Assembly (NCBI GenBank): GCA_018897195.1
Contig: JAHILH010000001.1
Coordinates: 92,565 to 156,564, forward strand
Source of the DNA: Patescibacteria group bacterium
GTDB lineage: Bacteria; Patescibacteriota; Patescibacteriia; Patescibacteriales; UBA12075
Direction of reading: 5' to 3'
DNA: 64,000 nucleotides
Each line of letters opens with the position of its first letter. The first letter of the stretch is position 1. Below, one piece after another: positions 29,431-39,953 of the stretch. Both the position numbers and the translations under genes were made by a program. The notes beneath the pieces were generated by a model, which was not told the origin of the DNA, did no database searches, and was given only the letters and a program-made list of their open reading frames with translations.

Positions 29431-29501
29431 CTCGGGAATAGGGATTCGAACCCCAATTGACTGGACCAAAACCAGCTGTCTTGCCTTTGGACGATTCCCG
29501 A
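29431..29501 (-). tRNA. tRNA-Gln(TTG), CCA not encoded
   Basis: TCGGGAA/TTCCCGA acceptor stem, GCTGG-TTTTGGT-CCAGT anticodon arm and GGTTCGAATCC T-arm. Confidence 0.95.
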
Positions 29502-29768
29502 ATATTCGCTTGAAACAAACGAAAAATCACCACCTTGGTGATTACTTTATTATATTAATATAAAAGTAAAAAAAAGTAAAGAGTGTGTGCTGGGGCAATA
29601 TTTTGTAGCTTTGATTGTAAAATTGCCAGAATAATTGACAATTGTTACTTAAATTACTAATGTTGCGATAATCCCTCCTGATATAAGGAGGGTTGTTTTT
29701 TGATAATTAAATAAGAAAAACATACTTGTTTTCAGTGTTATAATCTTAAACACCCAAGGAGGTGCATT

Positions 29769-31097
29769 ATGGTGATGTCGCAGATATTTAAAGATCGTTT
29801 GTTTCCGCTGATTCCTAAGATTGCGTATGATTTTCGTCCAATTATGGCTGGTAATAAAAATTATCCAGTTCCGTCATGGGCGCTTAGTCCTGGATTTCAC
29901 GTTTACGATGAGCAGGGTATTCGTGACACGATTACCTTGATGCAAAAGCTGTTTTTTACCGCTCATCTGGGAACCAATTTCTTTGCCGTCAAAGCTTGTC
30001 CCAATGTTCAGATTTTGAAGATTATGTTGGACGCTGGCTTTGGTCTGGATTGTGCCTCACCAACAGAGCTTTATCGAGCGCAGTTGGCTGGTGCCTTGCC
30101 GCATCAGGTGATGTATACCTCCAACAACACGCATCCCTCTCATTATGAGTACGCGATGAGTGTGGCCGGCATTCTTAATCTTGATGATATTTCTTTCATC
30201 GATAAGTTGCCGCGCGTGCCGGAGCGAATTTGTTTTCGCTATAACCCGGGCGAACGTCGAACCGAAGGTAGTAATTCGATTATTGGTAATCCTGTCAACC
30301 AGAAATATGGTTTGCAGTATGATCAAATTATTGATGCCTATAAAAAGGTGCAAGACAAAGGAGCGACTATTTTTGGAATCCATACGATGTATGCGTCCAA
30401 TTGTCGTGATGCCAAAATCTTGGCTGGTAATGCCAAGATGCAACTTGAGATGGCGGAACGAATACAAGACATGCTTGGGATTCAACTTGAATTCATTAAT
30501 ATTGGCGGGGGCCTGGGTGTTAATTATAACCCAGAAGATCAACCGCTTGATATTGTGGAAATGTCTGAATTGATCAATCATTATTTGGATGATTTCAAGA
30601 CTCGTCGTGGCTATTTGCCAGAGTTGTATATGGAATCAGGGCGTTTTGTCACCGGTCCGAATGGTGTGTTGGTGTCGCAGGTAATCAATAAGATGGATAA
30701 GTATAAACAATTCATCGGTGTTGATATTTGCGATGCCGCCGATATTTTGCGAGCGGGAATTTATCCTTCGCCTCACGAAGTTAGTATCTTGTGTTCGGAT
30801 GGAGAAGAGAAAATACTTGGTCCGAAAAGAACAGTTTCAATTGTTGGTCCGCTGTGTGAAAACATTCACATGATTTCTGATCGAAATTTGCCAATTATAT
30901 GTGAAGATGATTTTGTCGTCGTTCATGATACTGGCGCTCATGGTATTGCCATGGCGATGCGTTATAATGGATGGGGTGAATCGCAACAATTGTTGTTGCG
31001 ACCAGATAATTCAGTAGTGAGAATCAGTAATGCAGCTACCATTGCCGGTTTATTGGCGACGGAAACTTTGCTCAATGAAAAAACTGTGCAGTATTAA
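29769..31097 (+). CDS. lysA: Diaminopimelate decarboxylase
   Basis: FAVKA (PLP Lys), KYG, NIGGG, ESGR, GPLCE and DTGAHG motifs. Confidence 0.88.
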   Translation: MVMSQIFKDRLFPLIPKIAYDFRPIMAGNKNYPVPSWALSPGFHVYDEQGIRDTITLMQKLFFTAHLGTNFFAVKACPNVQILKIMLDAGFGLDCASPTELYRAQLAGALPHQVMYTSNNTHPSHYEYAMSVAGILNLDDISFIDKLPRVPERICFRYNPGERRTEGSNSIIGNPVNQKYGLQYDQIIDAYKKVQDKGATIFGIHTMYASNCRDAKILAGNAKMQLEMAERIQDMLGIQLEFINIGGGLGVNYNPEDQPLDIVEMSELINHYLDDFKTRRGYLPELYMESGRFVTGPNGVLVSQVINKMDKYKQFIGVDICDAADILRAGIYPSPHEVSILCSDGEEKILGPKRTVSIVGPLCENIHMISDRNLPIICEDDFVVVHDTGAHGIAMAMRYNGWGESQQLLLRPDNSVVRISNAATIAGLLATETLLNEKTVQY

Positions 31098-31126
31098 TCC
31101 ATCAACCTATGATGAGGAGAATGAAC

Positions 31127-32329
31127 ATGCAAGAAAGCAAATTACCACCAGGTGGACAGAATTTGTTTCAAGAGATTAAGAAACGAGTGACAGCGGCTGA
31201 GGCGGCTGGTCAAAAGATTTGGCGATTGGGGATTGGACAACCAAGCGGGCCGGCACTCATTTCAGCAAGAATCGCCGCGTGCCAGGCTGTTATGAAAGAT
31301 GATGAGTCAATGCATGAATATCAAGATAACGGTTCGCCGGGTGTACCGGGATTTGCTCAAAAGTTTGTCAACCTTCATCAAGTAAGACTTTTGGATGAGG
31401 GGTTGGCTTATTTACCGATTCCGGGTATCAAACCGATGTTGGGGTTGATACCGATGGCGTGTGGCCATGTTGGTTTTAACGACAGGGGTCTTACGTATAA
31501 GGAGGTTAAAGTGGCGACTATGACCAGTCCTGGTTATCCAACGCCGGCCGTACAGTGTCAATACCAATGCGTTGAAAATTATGCGCTAAGAACAAATACA
31601 GATAACAATTTTTTGTTTTCTCCTAGGGATATTACGAAAGGGACAACATTGCTGATGCTGAATTATCCGCATAACCCCAGTGGCCAGGTGGCTACTGCTG
31701 ATTATTGGGAGGATATATGCGATTATTGTGATCAGAAAAACATCAGAATTTTCAATGACGCTGCCTATGCCATGTTGACCTACAACAAAGACGCGGCGAC
31801 CTTGGCCAGTGTTGCCCAGCATTTTCCAAATCTGTCCTGGTGCGAGGCGTATTCAGCCTCTAAGGTAATTGCGAATGGCACAGGTTGGCGTATTGGTGCC
31901 ATGGTCGGCTCGTCCGATTTTATTGGCGACATCGCAACGATTAAGGGTAATACCGACAGTGGTTTCTTTGCACCGGCGGCCTACGGCGTACTCAAGTGTA
32001 TGCAGGATGACATGGAGAGTGTTTTGAAAAATCGCGATATGTATCGCGATAGAAACTTTCTCTTGCATGATCTTCTTGAATTCAGAGGTATGAAGCTGAC
32101 AGTTGTTCCAGGTGCAGGTTTTTTCTCTCTGTGGCTTGCACCCAGTGAGGCCTTTGGTCAAAAAATCCAGAATGCTGAGCAGTTTAATTATTTGATGATT
32201 GAAAAAACCGGTGTGGTCGGCGTGCATTTCGGTCCGTATATCCGCTATTCGGTCACGTCGCCAATCGAACAACCAGAATGGCAAGAAGCCATCGCAAACG
32301 CCTTTGAGCAGGCGAATGTAAAGTATTAA
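31127..32329 (+). CDS. Class I/II PLP aminotransferase, probable LL-diaminopimelate aminotransferase
   Basis: LGIGQP, NYPHNPSG, DAAY and SASK...GWRIG motifs; flanked by lysA and dapB. Confidence 0.75.
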   Translation: MQESKLPPGGQNLFQEIKKRVTAAEAAGQKIWRLGIGQPSGPALISARIAACQAVMKDDESMHEYQDNGSPGVPGFAQKFVNLHQVRLLDEGLAYLPIPGIKPMLGLIPMACGHVGFNDRGLTYKEVKVATMTSPGYPTPAVQCQYQCVENYALRTNTDNNFLFSPRDITKGTTLLMLNYPHNPSGQVATADYWEDICDYCDQKNIRIFNDAAYAMLTYNKDAATLASVAQHFPNLSWCEAYSASKVIANGTGWRIGAMVGSSDFIGDIATIKGNTDSGFFAPAAYGVLKCMQDDMESVLKNRDMYRDRNFLLHDLLEFRGMKLTVVPGAGFFSLWLAPSEAFGQKIQNAEQFNYLMIEKTGVVGVHFGPYIRYSVTSPIEQPEWQEAIANAFEQANVKY

Positions 32330-32463
32330 CGTTCTTTCTTAAGTAGTTTTATTACACCCCCGCATTTTTATAATGTGGGGGTATTTTTTTTATATTTTAA
32401 TGACAAGAAAAAAGGAGAACAATCGTTAGAAAGTTCTCCTTTGTGTAGACGTGAGAGCGCAGG

Positions 32464-33303
32464 TTATCCGCGCATTACGTCTATCATGCTGAAACATTTG
32501 CCATTAACTCCTTTGGCAATTTTTTTTGCCAGGAAGTCTACGGCTTTGAGTGTGCCGTCGACATAGGTTTCGCGGCCACAGACATTGTGCTCGAAGCCGA
32601 GGCTGACATTGCCGTCTGGGGAGCCAAGATGATATCGATGAAAACCGTGTCCGGCGAATGCCGTTGGGGGAACGCCCATTAGCCCTTGTTCGAATGGGTC
32701 GCGTATGGCCCTGATATTGTCTTCGGTGAAATTGACGCCAAGTTTACAGAGCAGTTTGCCGATGGCAATAGCCGTACCGCTTTTGTCTTTTTTTGCGGCC
32801 TGATGACTTTCGATAACGAGGGCTTGCCAGTCGGATAATGCATTGGGATAGTTCTTGGCAGCGTATTCGATCATGTCCATCATCATTACGACGGGTATGG
32901 ACATGTTCGGCGCAATGACGGCGACGGTGAGAGACCGTTTCACGGTTGCGGCAAGTAAGGCACGATCTCCGCCGGTTGTGCCCATGACAAAGGGCAGTTT
33001 GTTTAAGCTGTAAAATTCACAATTATCATTTGCAGCATTTGGTTGAGTAAAATCAACTACAATACAATCCGGATATGCTGAAATAATCGTATCCAGGGCT
33101 TGTTGACGCTGAGATGGCTCAAGAAGAGTCATCTTGCTGGTATGACGTAGATCGAAATCAAGAAAATAATCTTCACGACCAAGCCCCGGTCCCGTAAATG
33201 CATATGGAACCAACATATATCGCTCATTTCTTGTAATGCGTTCTGCCAGCATGAGTGCCATATTCCCCGGTAATCCTGCCAATAAAACTGGAATTTTTTT
33301 CAT
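32464..33303 (-). CDS. dapB: 4-hydroxy-tetrahydrodipicolinate reductase
   Basis: GLPGNM, VDFTQP, GTTGGDR, APNM and ESHQ..K.D.SGTA motifs. Confidence 0.9.
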   Translation of the reverse strand: MKKIPVLLAGLPGNMALMLAERITRNERYMLVPYAFTGPGLGREDYFLDFDLRHTSKMTLLEPSQRQQALDTIISAYPDCIVVDFTQPNAANDNCEFYSLNKLPFVMGTTGGDRALLAATVKRSLTVAVIAPNMSIPVVMMMDMIEYAAKNYPNALSDWQALVIESHQAAKKDKSGTAIAIGKLLCKLGVNFTEDNIRAIRDPFEQGLMGVPPTAFAGHGFHRYHLGSPDGNVSLGFEHNVCGRETYVDGTLKAVDFLAKKIAKGVNGKCFSMIDVMRG

Positions 33304-33540
33304 CGTTCATCTCCCTTGATTGTGGTTATAAAGTGCGTTAATTATTTCTTTGTGCATAATTACTGTCGTGATCTTAGCAGAAATATTGTGGTTTGTCAAC
33401 CAGTGACAATCTTAATTTTATCAGTATTCTTGACTTATTTATCAATTTATGCTAGTATAAGCCGATAAGTCAAAATGATTTATATAATTTGTTCGTTAAT
33501 GTGATTATAAAAAAATAATTATTCAAAGATGGAGGAAAGG

Positions 33541-33792
33541 ATGTTCAAAGGTAATAATGCAATGAACAATGAAGGTTCTGAAAAAAAGCCCAGACGAGTG
33601 CATGAGATATTTGCACCATTTCCAGCCCAGCTCGCCAAAGTACAAGATGAACTTCGGCTTGCAAGGCAGGCACTTGATTGTGTTAATTATACAACTGGCA
33701 AGGAGTGTCCGGAGCATAGGGCGACGATTACAGAATTGGAACTTCGCCTTCAGCCCTTGTATAAGGATATGGCGAACAATCTCAGTCAATGA
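33541..33792 (+). CDS. Hypothetical protein (SD-led)
   Basis: GGAGG 5 nt before ATG 33541; own promoter and terminator. Confidence 0.55.
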   Translation: MFKGNNAMNNEGSEKKPRRVHEIFAPFPAQLAKVQDELRLARQALDCVNYTTGKECPEHRATITELELRLQPLYKDMANNLSQ

Positions 33793-33861
33793 GGCTGTTT
33801 GTTAACATTAAACAACTACAAAGCGGTATCATTAATTTGAAACCGCTTCTTTTTTTGCCAA

Positions 33862-33898
33862 ATAAAAAACTCCTCGGGTTTAATCGAGGAGTTTTTTT
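33862..33898. terminator. Bidirectional terminator
   Basis: AAAAAACTCCTCG/CGAGGAGTTTTTT between convergent genes. Confidence 0.8.
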
Positions 33899-33910
33899 AT
33901 ACGAGAAGTA

Positions 33911-34108
33911 TTAAGCAAGCTTAACATTTACTGCGTTCAAACCTTTTGGAGATTCTTCTGTTTCGAATGTCACGTTGTCGCCTTCTTGGATTTCGTTAAA
34001 AGTAACGCCAACCAATGAATTGCTGTGAAAGAATAAATCTTTGTCCAAACTTGAAGATGTGATGAAGCCGAAGCCTTTGTCCATCTTCTTTTTTACTGAT
34101 CCGTTCAT
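33911..34108 (-). CDS. Cold-shock protein
   Basis: KGFGFI (RNP1), LFFH (RNP2) and KGLNAVNV motifs. Confidence 0.95.
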   Translation of the reverse strand: MNGSVKKKMDKGFGFITSSSLDKDLFFHSNSLVGVTFNEIQEGDNVTFETEESPKGLNAVNVKLA

Positions 34109-34466
34109 AGTTTTGTGATAGATAGTTTATAAAATTTGCAAATTTTTTAAATATTTTTGTGAAAGTCGACTACTTTTCTAAAATAATTTTTTACTTCATA
34201 ATCTTAGCATATTGCCAGGAATTAGTCAAGCGATTTGTGGTTATTCGGAATAATATATTTCTTGGGTCTTGATTCTGGTAAAAATTGTTACAATTTTAGC
34301 CAATTTTATGAACTTTCCGACCGTGGCATGACTTGCATATAAACATTGACTTTTTTCATTTTTTCTGTAGTATAAAAATATATTTACCCTAATTTTGGGG
34401 TATTTTATTTTGTTCATTGATAACTGAATAATAGTTATTTACTAATCTAAAAGGGAGGAGGGGAGA

Positions 34467-37400
34467 ATGAGTTCAATCGCGCATCTTTTTTGTATGAATC
34501 CTGATGGGAGTGAGTATTGTTTTAACGTTGGGTTAGTGGAGCCGTTGACAGCAGATGAGTTTGAGAAAATGAAGAAAGCGTTGGCTGATGGTTTTATCAA
34601 AGAAAGCATGAAGGACGTTTCTTCTTTGGATGGTGATGTGATAGAGTTGGGGCCACGAATGAATTGTGAGACTCCTTGGTCTTCCAATATGGTTTCGATT
34701 TGCCAGTCGATCGGCCTGGGAAAGGTGAATCGGGTGGAGCGATCGAGGCGGTATGTGGTGCCGGAGGGCATTTCGCGTGACGAGTTTATTGCGGATAATC
34801 ATGATCGCATGACCGAGTGTGAGTACCCGGGAGCTTTGCAGACATTTTCAACGGGAATTGAGCCTCAAGCAGTATATGAGGTACCCATGATTGAAAAGGG
34901 GCCTGATGCCTTGAAGGATATACCGGGGATTTCGATGGATGACTGGGACCGGCGGTTTTATTATGATTACTTTGTAATGAAGAATAACCGCAATCCGACC
35001 ATTGTTGAGATTTTGGACTTGAATAATGCCAATAGCGAGCATTCGCGTCACGGCTATTTCAAGGGCAAGATGATTATTGATGGACAGGAAATGCCCTGGA
35101 CTTTATTTGAATTGGTGATGGAGACTTGGAATGCAAATCCAGGAAATAGTATTATTGCTTTCAGTGATAATTCCAGCGGTATTAAAGGTCGTTTTATTCA
35201 GACACTTGTGCCGGAACAGCCGGGTATGTATTCTCGATTGGTTCGCGATGAGCGGCTTTATCACATTATCTTTACGGCGGAGACGCACAACTTTCCGACT
35301 GGCGTGGCACCATTTCCTGGTGCGGAAACCGGATCGGGTGGTCGTATTCGTGACATTCAGGCAACTGGACGCGGCGGATTGATGGGAATTGGTACGGCAG
35401 GCTATTGCGTGTCCAATCTTCATATTGCAAATTACACCTTACCCTGGGAGCTTGAGTTTAAGCGTCCGGAAAATTTGGCAAGCGGTTTGCAGATTTTGAT
35501 TGAGGCCAGTAATGGTGGTTCGCGCTATGGCAACGAAATTGGCGAGGCATTGGTGCTTGGTTTTGCTCGATCATTTGATTTGCGTCCCTGGGGTGGTGCG
35601 CGTTGGAGCTTTATCAAGCCGATAATGTTTACTGCTGGGATGGGACAAATCGATCACCGGCATATCAGAAAAAACGACGCCGAAGAAGGAATGCTCATCG
35701 TACAGATTGGCGGACCTGCTTATCGCGTTGGTTTTGGTGGCGGTGCGGCTTCGAGCCTAATTCAGGGCGACCAAGATGCCGGGCTTGATTTCAATGCTGT
35801 GCAGCGTGGCAATGCAGAAATGGAACAAAAGATGAACCGTGTTGTCCGCACTTGTTCAGAAATGGGGGAAAATAATCCTCTTGATGTCATTCACGATCAG
35901 GGTGCTGGTGGACCAGCTAATGTCCTGAAAGAATTAGTGGAAAAATCTGGTGGACAGATTGAAATACGCAAGATAAAGGTCGGAGATCCGACCATGTCGG
36001 TGTTGGAAATCTATGTTGCAGAATATCAAGAGCGGAATGGCTTATTGATTCGCGAAGAACGGATTGAGGAGTTTAAGAAGATCTGCGAACGCGAAAAAGT
36101 AAATTGCGAAGTTCTTGGATCTGTGACAATGGATGGGAAATTTGTTGTCCATGATTCAAATGATGGCACAACGCCGGTCAATATTGACTTGCATGAACTC
36201 ATGGGAGGAATGCCTCAGAAGACTTTTGAGGTTAAGACGGTTGAGGATGACTTGAGGTCATTGGTATTGCCGGAAGGTTTGACAGTGGAGGACGCGCTTG
36301 CAAGAGTGTTGCGCTTGGTCTCCGTTGGTTCAAAAAGGTTTTTAACCAACAAGGGAGACAGGAGTGTAACTGGATTGGTAGCTCAGCAGCAATGTTGCGG
36401 CCCTCTCCAATTGCCTGTCAGTGATGTGGCGGTAATGGCGCAAAGTTTAGTGCCCAATGACAATGGTGTGCATTCCGGAATGGCAACCTCAATCGGTGAA
36501 CAGCCGATCAAGATGTTGGTTAATCCGGCGGCTGGTGCGCGCATGGCAGTTGGCGAAGCAATAACGAATCTAGCCGGAGCAAAAATCGACGGTCTTGATA
36601 GCGTGAAATGTTCTGCGAACTGGATGTGGGCACCGAAACTTGAAGGTGAGGGTGCGGCGATGTATTCGGCCGCAACGGCCTTGCGCGATTGTTTGATTGC
36701 GCTTGATGTTGCCATTGATGGCGGAAAGGATAGCTTGTCGATGGCGACCAGAGTTGGTGCCGAGACAGTCAAATCACCGCGGCAGTTGGTTATTTCGGCT
36801 TATGTTGGAATAGCGGATATTACCAAAGTGGTGACGCCGGACATCAAGAAGCCGGGCGAAAGTCAGTTGATTTTTATTGACTTGGCAAATGGAAAAAATC
36901 GTCTGGGTGGATCGGCTTTGGCGCATGTCCATGGTCAGATTGGCAATGAAAGTCCGGACATGGATGATCCTGAGTTGGTCAAGCGCGCGTTTAATTGCGT
37001 GCAGGATTTGATTGACAAGGATTTGATTTTGGCTTGCCATGATCGGAGCGACGGTGGTCTAATTACAACGTTGCTGGAAATGGCTTTTGCCGGTAATTGT
37101 GGACTGGAAATACAAATGGGCACAGTTGAAGGCGAAGTAATCCCAGTGTTGTTTTCTGAAGAATTGGGATTGGTTATTGAGTGTACTTATAATTATGCAA
37201 GCATAGTAATAAGGAGATTGCTGGACAACAATATCCCATACATACCCATTGGACGAACATTGAGTACAAATCAGTATATTACTTTGTATTTCGGCGCTGA
37301 GCTTGTTTTTAATGAATCAATGCCGGAATTACGGAATCTTTGGGAAGAGACCAGTTATCAGTTGGAAAAGCTACAGGCAAATCCAACGTGTGCTGATGCA

Positions 37401-38291
37401 GAAAGGGAGAACATCTTTGATCGCCCTGGCCCGCAGTACAAGCTCACGTTTGAACCAAAACCAACCGCCCCTGAAATTCTTCAGGCAGAGAACAAGCCAA
37501 AGGTTTGTATCTTGCGTGAAGAAGGGACGAATGGCGATCGGGAGATGGCGGCAGCTTTTGAAGCCGCCGGATTTGAACCCTGGGACGTGACGATGACCGA
37601 TTTACTTGCAGAACGTGTTTCTTTAACGATGTTTCGAGGCTTGGTGGCCGCCGGCGGATTTTCTTATGCTGATGTGCCACAAAGCGCCAAGGGTTGGGCG
37701 GCAACTATTTTGTTCAATGAAAAGTTGCGGGCTGAGTTTGATAAGTTTTACAAACGGCCTGATACTTTTTCTTTGGGCGTGTGTAATGGTTGTCAGTTGT
37801 TCGGCCTACTTGGTTGGGTTCCGTATACCGGAATCAAGCCAGAACACCAACCGCGGTTCGTTCATAATGACTCCGGTCGTTTCGAATCGCGATGGTCAAG
37901 CGTCAGGATTTCGGATAGTCCATCCATTTTGTTTAAGGATATGGCTGGCTCTATTCTCGGTGTTCATGTTGCACACGGTGAAGGTAGGCTTATTTTTCCG
38001 GATGAAACTGTTAGGGCAGTAACCGTCGGTAATAAACTGTGTGCAATGTCATATGTTGATGATAGCGGGAGGGATACAAATAAATATCCCTTCTGTCCGA
38101 ACGGCAGTTGGGAAGGTGTTACAGCTCTCACAACTACCGATGGTCGGCATACAGCCATGATGCCTCATCCCGAACGTGCCTTTCTTAAATGGCAATGGCA
38201 TCATATGCCGGAACAAATGAAAAAAGAGCTTGAGGCTTCGCCTTGGCTCAAAATGTTCCAAAATGCCTATGATTGGTGCATGAAAAATTAA
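34467..38291 (+). CDS. purL: Phosphoribosylformylglycinamidine synthase, large single-chain form
   Basis: NSEHSRH, ETHNFPT, HDQGAGG and GGKDSLSM motifs; glutaminase GVCNGCQ and MPHPER. Confidence 0.96.
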   Translation: MSSIAHLFCMNPDGSEYCFNVGLVEPLTADEFEKMKKALADGFIKESMKDVSSLDGDVIELGPRMNCETPWSSNMVSICQSIGLGKVNRVERSRRYVVPEGISRDEFIADNHDRMTECEYPGALQTFSTGIEPQAVYEVPMIEKGPDALKDIPGISMDDWDRRFYYDYFVMKNNRNPTIVEILDLNNANSEHSRHGYFKGKMIIDGQEMPWTLFELVMETWNANPGNSIIAFSDNSSGIKGRFIQTLVPEQPGMYSRLVRDERLYHIIFTAETHNFPTGVAPFPGAETGSGGRIRDIQATGRGGLMGIGTAGYCVSNLHIANYTLPWELEFKRPENLASGLQILIEASNGGSRYGNEIGEALVLGFARSFDLRPWGGARWSFIKPIMFTAGMGQIDHRHIRKNDAEEGMLIVQIGGPAYRVGFGGGAASSLIQGDQDAGLDFNAVQRGNAEMEQKMNRVVRTCSEMGENNPLDVIHDQGAGGPANVLKELVEKSGGQIEIRKIKVGDPTMSVLEIYVAEYQERNGLLIREERIEEFKKICEREKVNCEVLGSVTMDGKFVVHDSNDGTTPVNIDLHELMGGMPQKTFEVKTVEDDLRSLVLPEGLTVEDALARVLRLVSVGSKRFLTNKGDRSVTGLVAQQQCCGPLQLPVSDVAVMAQSLVPNDNGVHSGMATSIGEQPIKMLVNPAAGARMAVGEAITNLAGAKIDGLDSVKCSANWMWAPKLEGEGAAMYSAATALRDCLIALDVAIDGGKDSLSMATRVGAETVKSPRQLVISAYVGIADITKVVTPDIKKPGESQLIFIDLANGKNRLGGSALAHVHGQIGNESPDMDDPELVKRAFNCVQDLIDKDLILACHDRSDGGLITTLLEMAFAGNCGLEIQMGTVEGEVIPVLFSEELGLVIECTYNYASIVIRRLLDNNIPYIPIGRTLSTNQYITLYFGAELVFNESMPELRNLWEETSYQLEKLQANPTCADAERENIFDRPGPQYKLTFEPKPTAPEILQAENKPKVCILREEGTNGDREMAAAFEAAGFEPWDVTMTDLLAERVSLTMFRGLVAAGGFSYADVPQSAKGWAATILFNEKLRAEFDKFYKRPDTFSLGVCNGCQLFGLLGWVPYTGIKPEHQPRFVHNDSGRFESRWSSVRISDSPSILFKDMAGSILGVHVAHGEGRLIFPDETVRAVTVGNKLCAMSYVDDSGRDTNKYPFCPNGSWEGVTALTTTDGRHTAMMPHPERAFLKWQWHHMPEQMKKELEASPWLKMFQNAYDWCMKN

Positions 38292-38319
38292 CTATTATTC
38301 GATAAGGAGATAAAAAATC

Positions 38320-38351
38320 AAACCCCGTTGCTATTGCAGTAACGGGGTTTT
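38320..38351 (+). terminator. Terminator after purL
   Basis: AAACCCCGTTGC/GTAACGGGGTTTT. Confidence 0.75.
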
Positions 38352-38466
38352 CTATTGACTATTTTCCTAAAATATCCTAATCTTAAATCAAATTAAGACA
38401 GGGGAGGGTTCTTTTTTTTGAATCGTTCTTTTTATTTTTATTAATATTTCGAGAAGGAGATTGGAT

Positions 38467-39696
38467 ATGTGGCACATGCAAGATTCAAATGATCAGCCTG
38501 CTGGACAAGGTGATGGTGGACAAGAAAGTCAGTATGCACAGCTTGGAGTAGATGCTCACAAAACAGGCGTGAAAAAAAGCTTTAAGCCAGTAATTGACAA
38601 CGACTATCCTTTGGCGTTTTGCAACATTGTGAAGGATCGTTTGAATCCTGGCTATGTATTGACGCAACACATGGATGGCGATGGTAGCAAAATGCTTCAG
38701 CGATTACTTCATTATCATGAAACTGGAGATGCCACCGTCTTTCGCGGCGCGGTTGATGATGCATGGTCGATGAATACCGGAGACATTGCGGCTAGCGGAT
38801 TTGTTGATGAGTTATTTTTGACTGATGTTATAAATATCAACGGAATATCTGCGCCAAAGGATGTAATAATGGAGCAGCTTGCTATCAGAATTGCCGAATT
38901 GAAACAGCTTTATATCGAGCATGGATTCGATGTAACGTTTTTCGGTGGCGAAACGGCGGACTTGCCTGATCAGGTTAAGACAGTTGTTTTTGATATCTGT
39001 GCCAGTTCCAGAGTACATGAGACTGGTCTGATTGAGGGTAATATTGAGCCCGGTGATGCGATTTTCGGAATGGCCAGCGATGGCCAAGTAGCCTGGGAAA
39101 AGGAAGGTAATTCCGGCATTATGTCGAATGGCTTAACCATGGCGCGCATCAAATTGATGCACGCGAACTATGTCAATAAACATCCGGAGCTTATGCGACA
39201 GGAAAAACCGTTCGAGGGTCGGTTCTCAATCCATGGAATGGATGAAAGACTTGGCACAATGTCAGTTTCAGAGGCAATCATGTCGCCGACACGTCAATGG
39301 GCGTTGGTTATCAAGAGGATTATCGACGGATTACGCAGTCATGACAGCCTTCATTTGCTTCATGGTGTCGTTATGAATACCGGCGGTGGCGCCACTAAGG
39401 TGTTGAATATCGGCCGGAATATTCATTATGTAAAAAAAATGCCGATACCACCACCGATTTTTCAGTTGATTAAGTTTGAATCTGGTGAAGAATGGGAAAA
39501 TATGTTTACCGCCTTTAATTGCGGGGTTGGCATTGATATTATAGGATCTGACAAGGGTGGTGTTTTGCAGGATGTCCTGAATTCGGTTTCAGAGTGGACC
39601 AGGGTGAAATTGTTTCGATTGGGTGATTGTCATCACTCGGAAAGTCCAGATAATCTCGTTACGCTCTATACGCCTTACGGTGAGTTTGCCTATTAA
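38467..39696 (+). CDS. purM: Phosphoribosylaminoimidazole (AIR) synthetase, long form
   Basis: YAQLGVD, DGDGSK, MNTGD, GGETAD, SNGLT and FNCG motifs. Confidence 0.85.
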   Translation: MWHMQDSNDQPAGQGDGGQESQYAQLGVDAHKTGVKKSFKPVIDNDYPLAFCNIVKDRLNPGYVLTQHMDGDGSKMLQRLLHYHETGDATVFRGAVDDAWSMNTGDIAASGFVDELFLTDVININGISAPKDVIMEQLAIRIAELKQLYIEHGFDVTFFGGETADLPDQVKTVVFDICASSRVHETGLIEGNIEPGDAIFGMASDGQVAWEKEGNSGIMSNGLTMARIKLMHANYVNKHPELMRQEKPFEGRFSIHGMDERLGTMSVSEAIMSPTRQWALVIKRIIDGLRSHDSLHLLHGVVMNTGGGATKVLNIGRNIHYVKKMPIPPPIFQLIKFESGEEWENMFTAFNCGVGIDIIGSDKGGVLQDVLNSVSEWTRVKLFRLGDCHHSESPDNLVTLYTPYGEFAY

Positions 39697-39720
39697 CCAG
39701 GCAGTAATAATATCTTTAAC

Positions 39721-39755
39721 AAGCCTTTGCGGGTAAATCTCGCAAAGGCTTTTTT
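39721..39755 (+). terminator. Terminator after purM
   Basis: AAGCCTTTGCG/CGCAAAGGCTTTTTT. Confidence 0.8.
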
Positions 39756-39845
39756 ATTTCCAAAAAATACCCAAACTTTATCCAGTTTTCATCTTAATAC
39801 AATAATATCCCTAAAATTGGCTATATTTACTTATAGCTATTTTTT

Positions 39846-39874
39846 TTGACATAAGTATTCCCACGGGTTATAAT
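39846..39874 (+). promoter_or_regulatory. Consensus sigma70 promoter of the mre operon
   Basis: TTGACA-17-TATAAT, exact. Confidence 0.75.
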
Positions 39875-39953
39875 AACAGCATTGATTTGAAATAATTTCG
39901 GCTTCATGGTTTCATTTTTTCCACAATGTAGCAATGTAACGATAATATAAATA

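Noticed and set aside
29640..29768. Lysine riboswitch before lysA (and purine riboswitch before purL/purM)
   Set aside because: The leaders are too short and lack the conserved aptamer cores; only single small hairpins are present.
29431..39696. tRNA-anchored genomic island carrying the lys/pur genes
   Set aside because: The block lies on the 5' side of the tRNA. No integrase and no repeat of the tRNA 3' end were seen.
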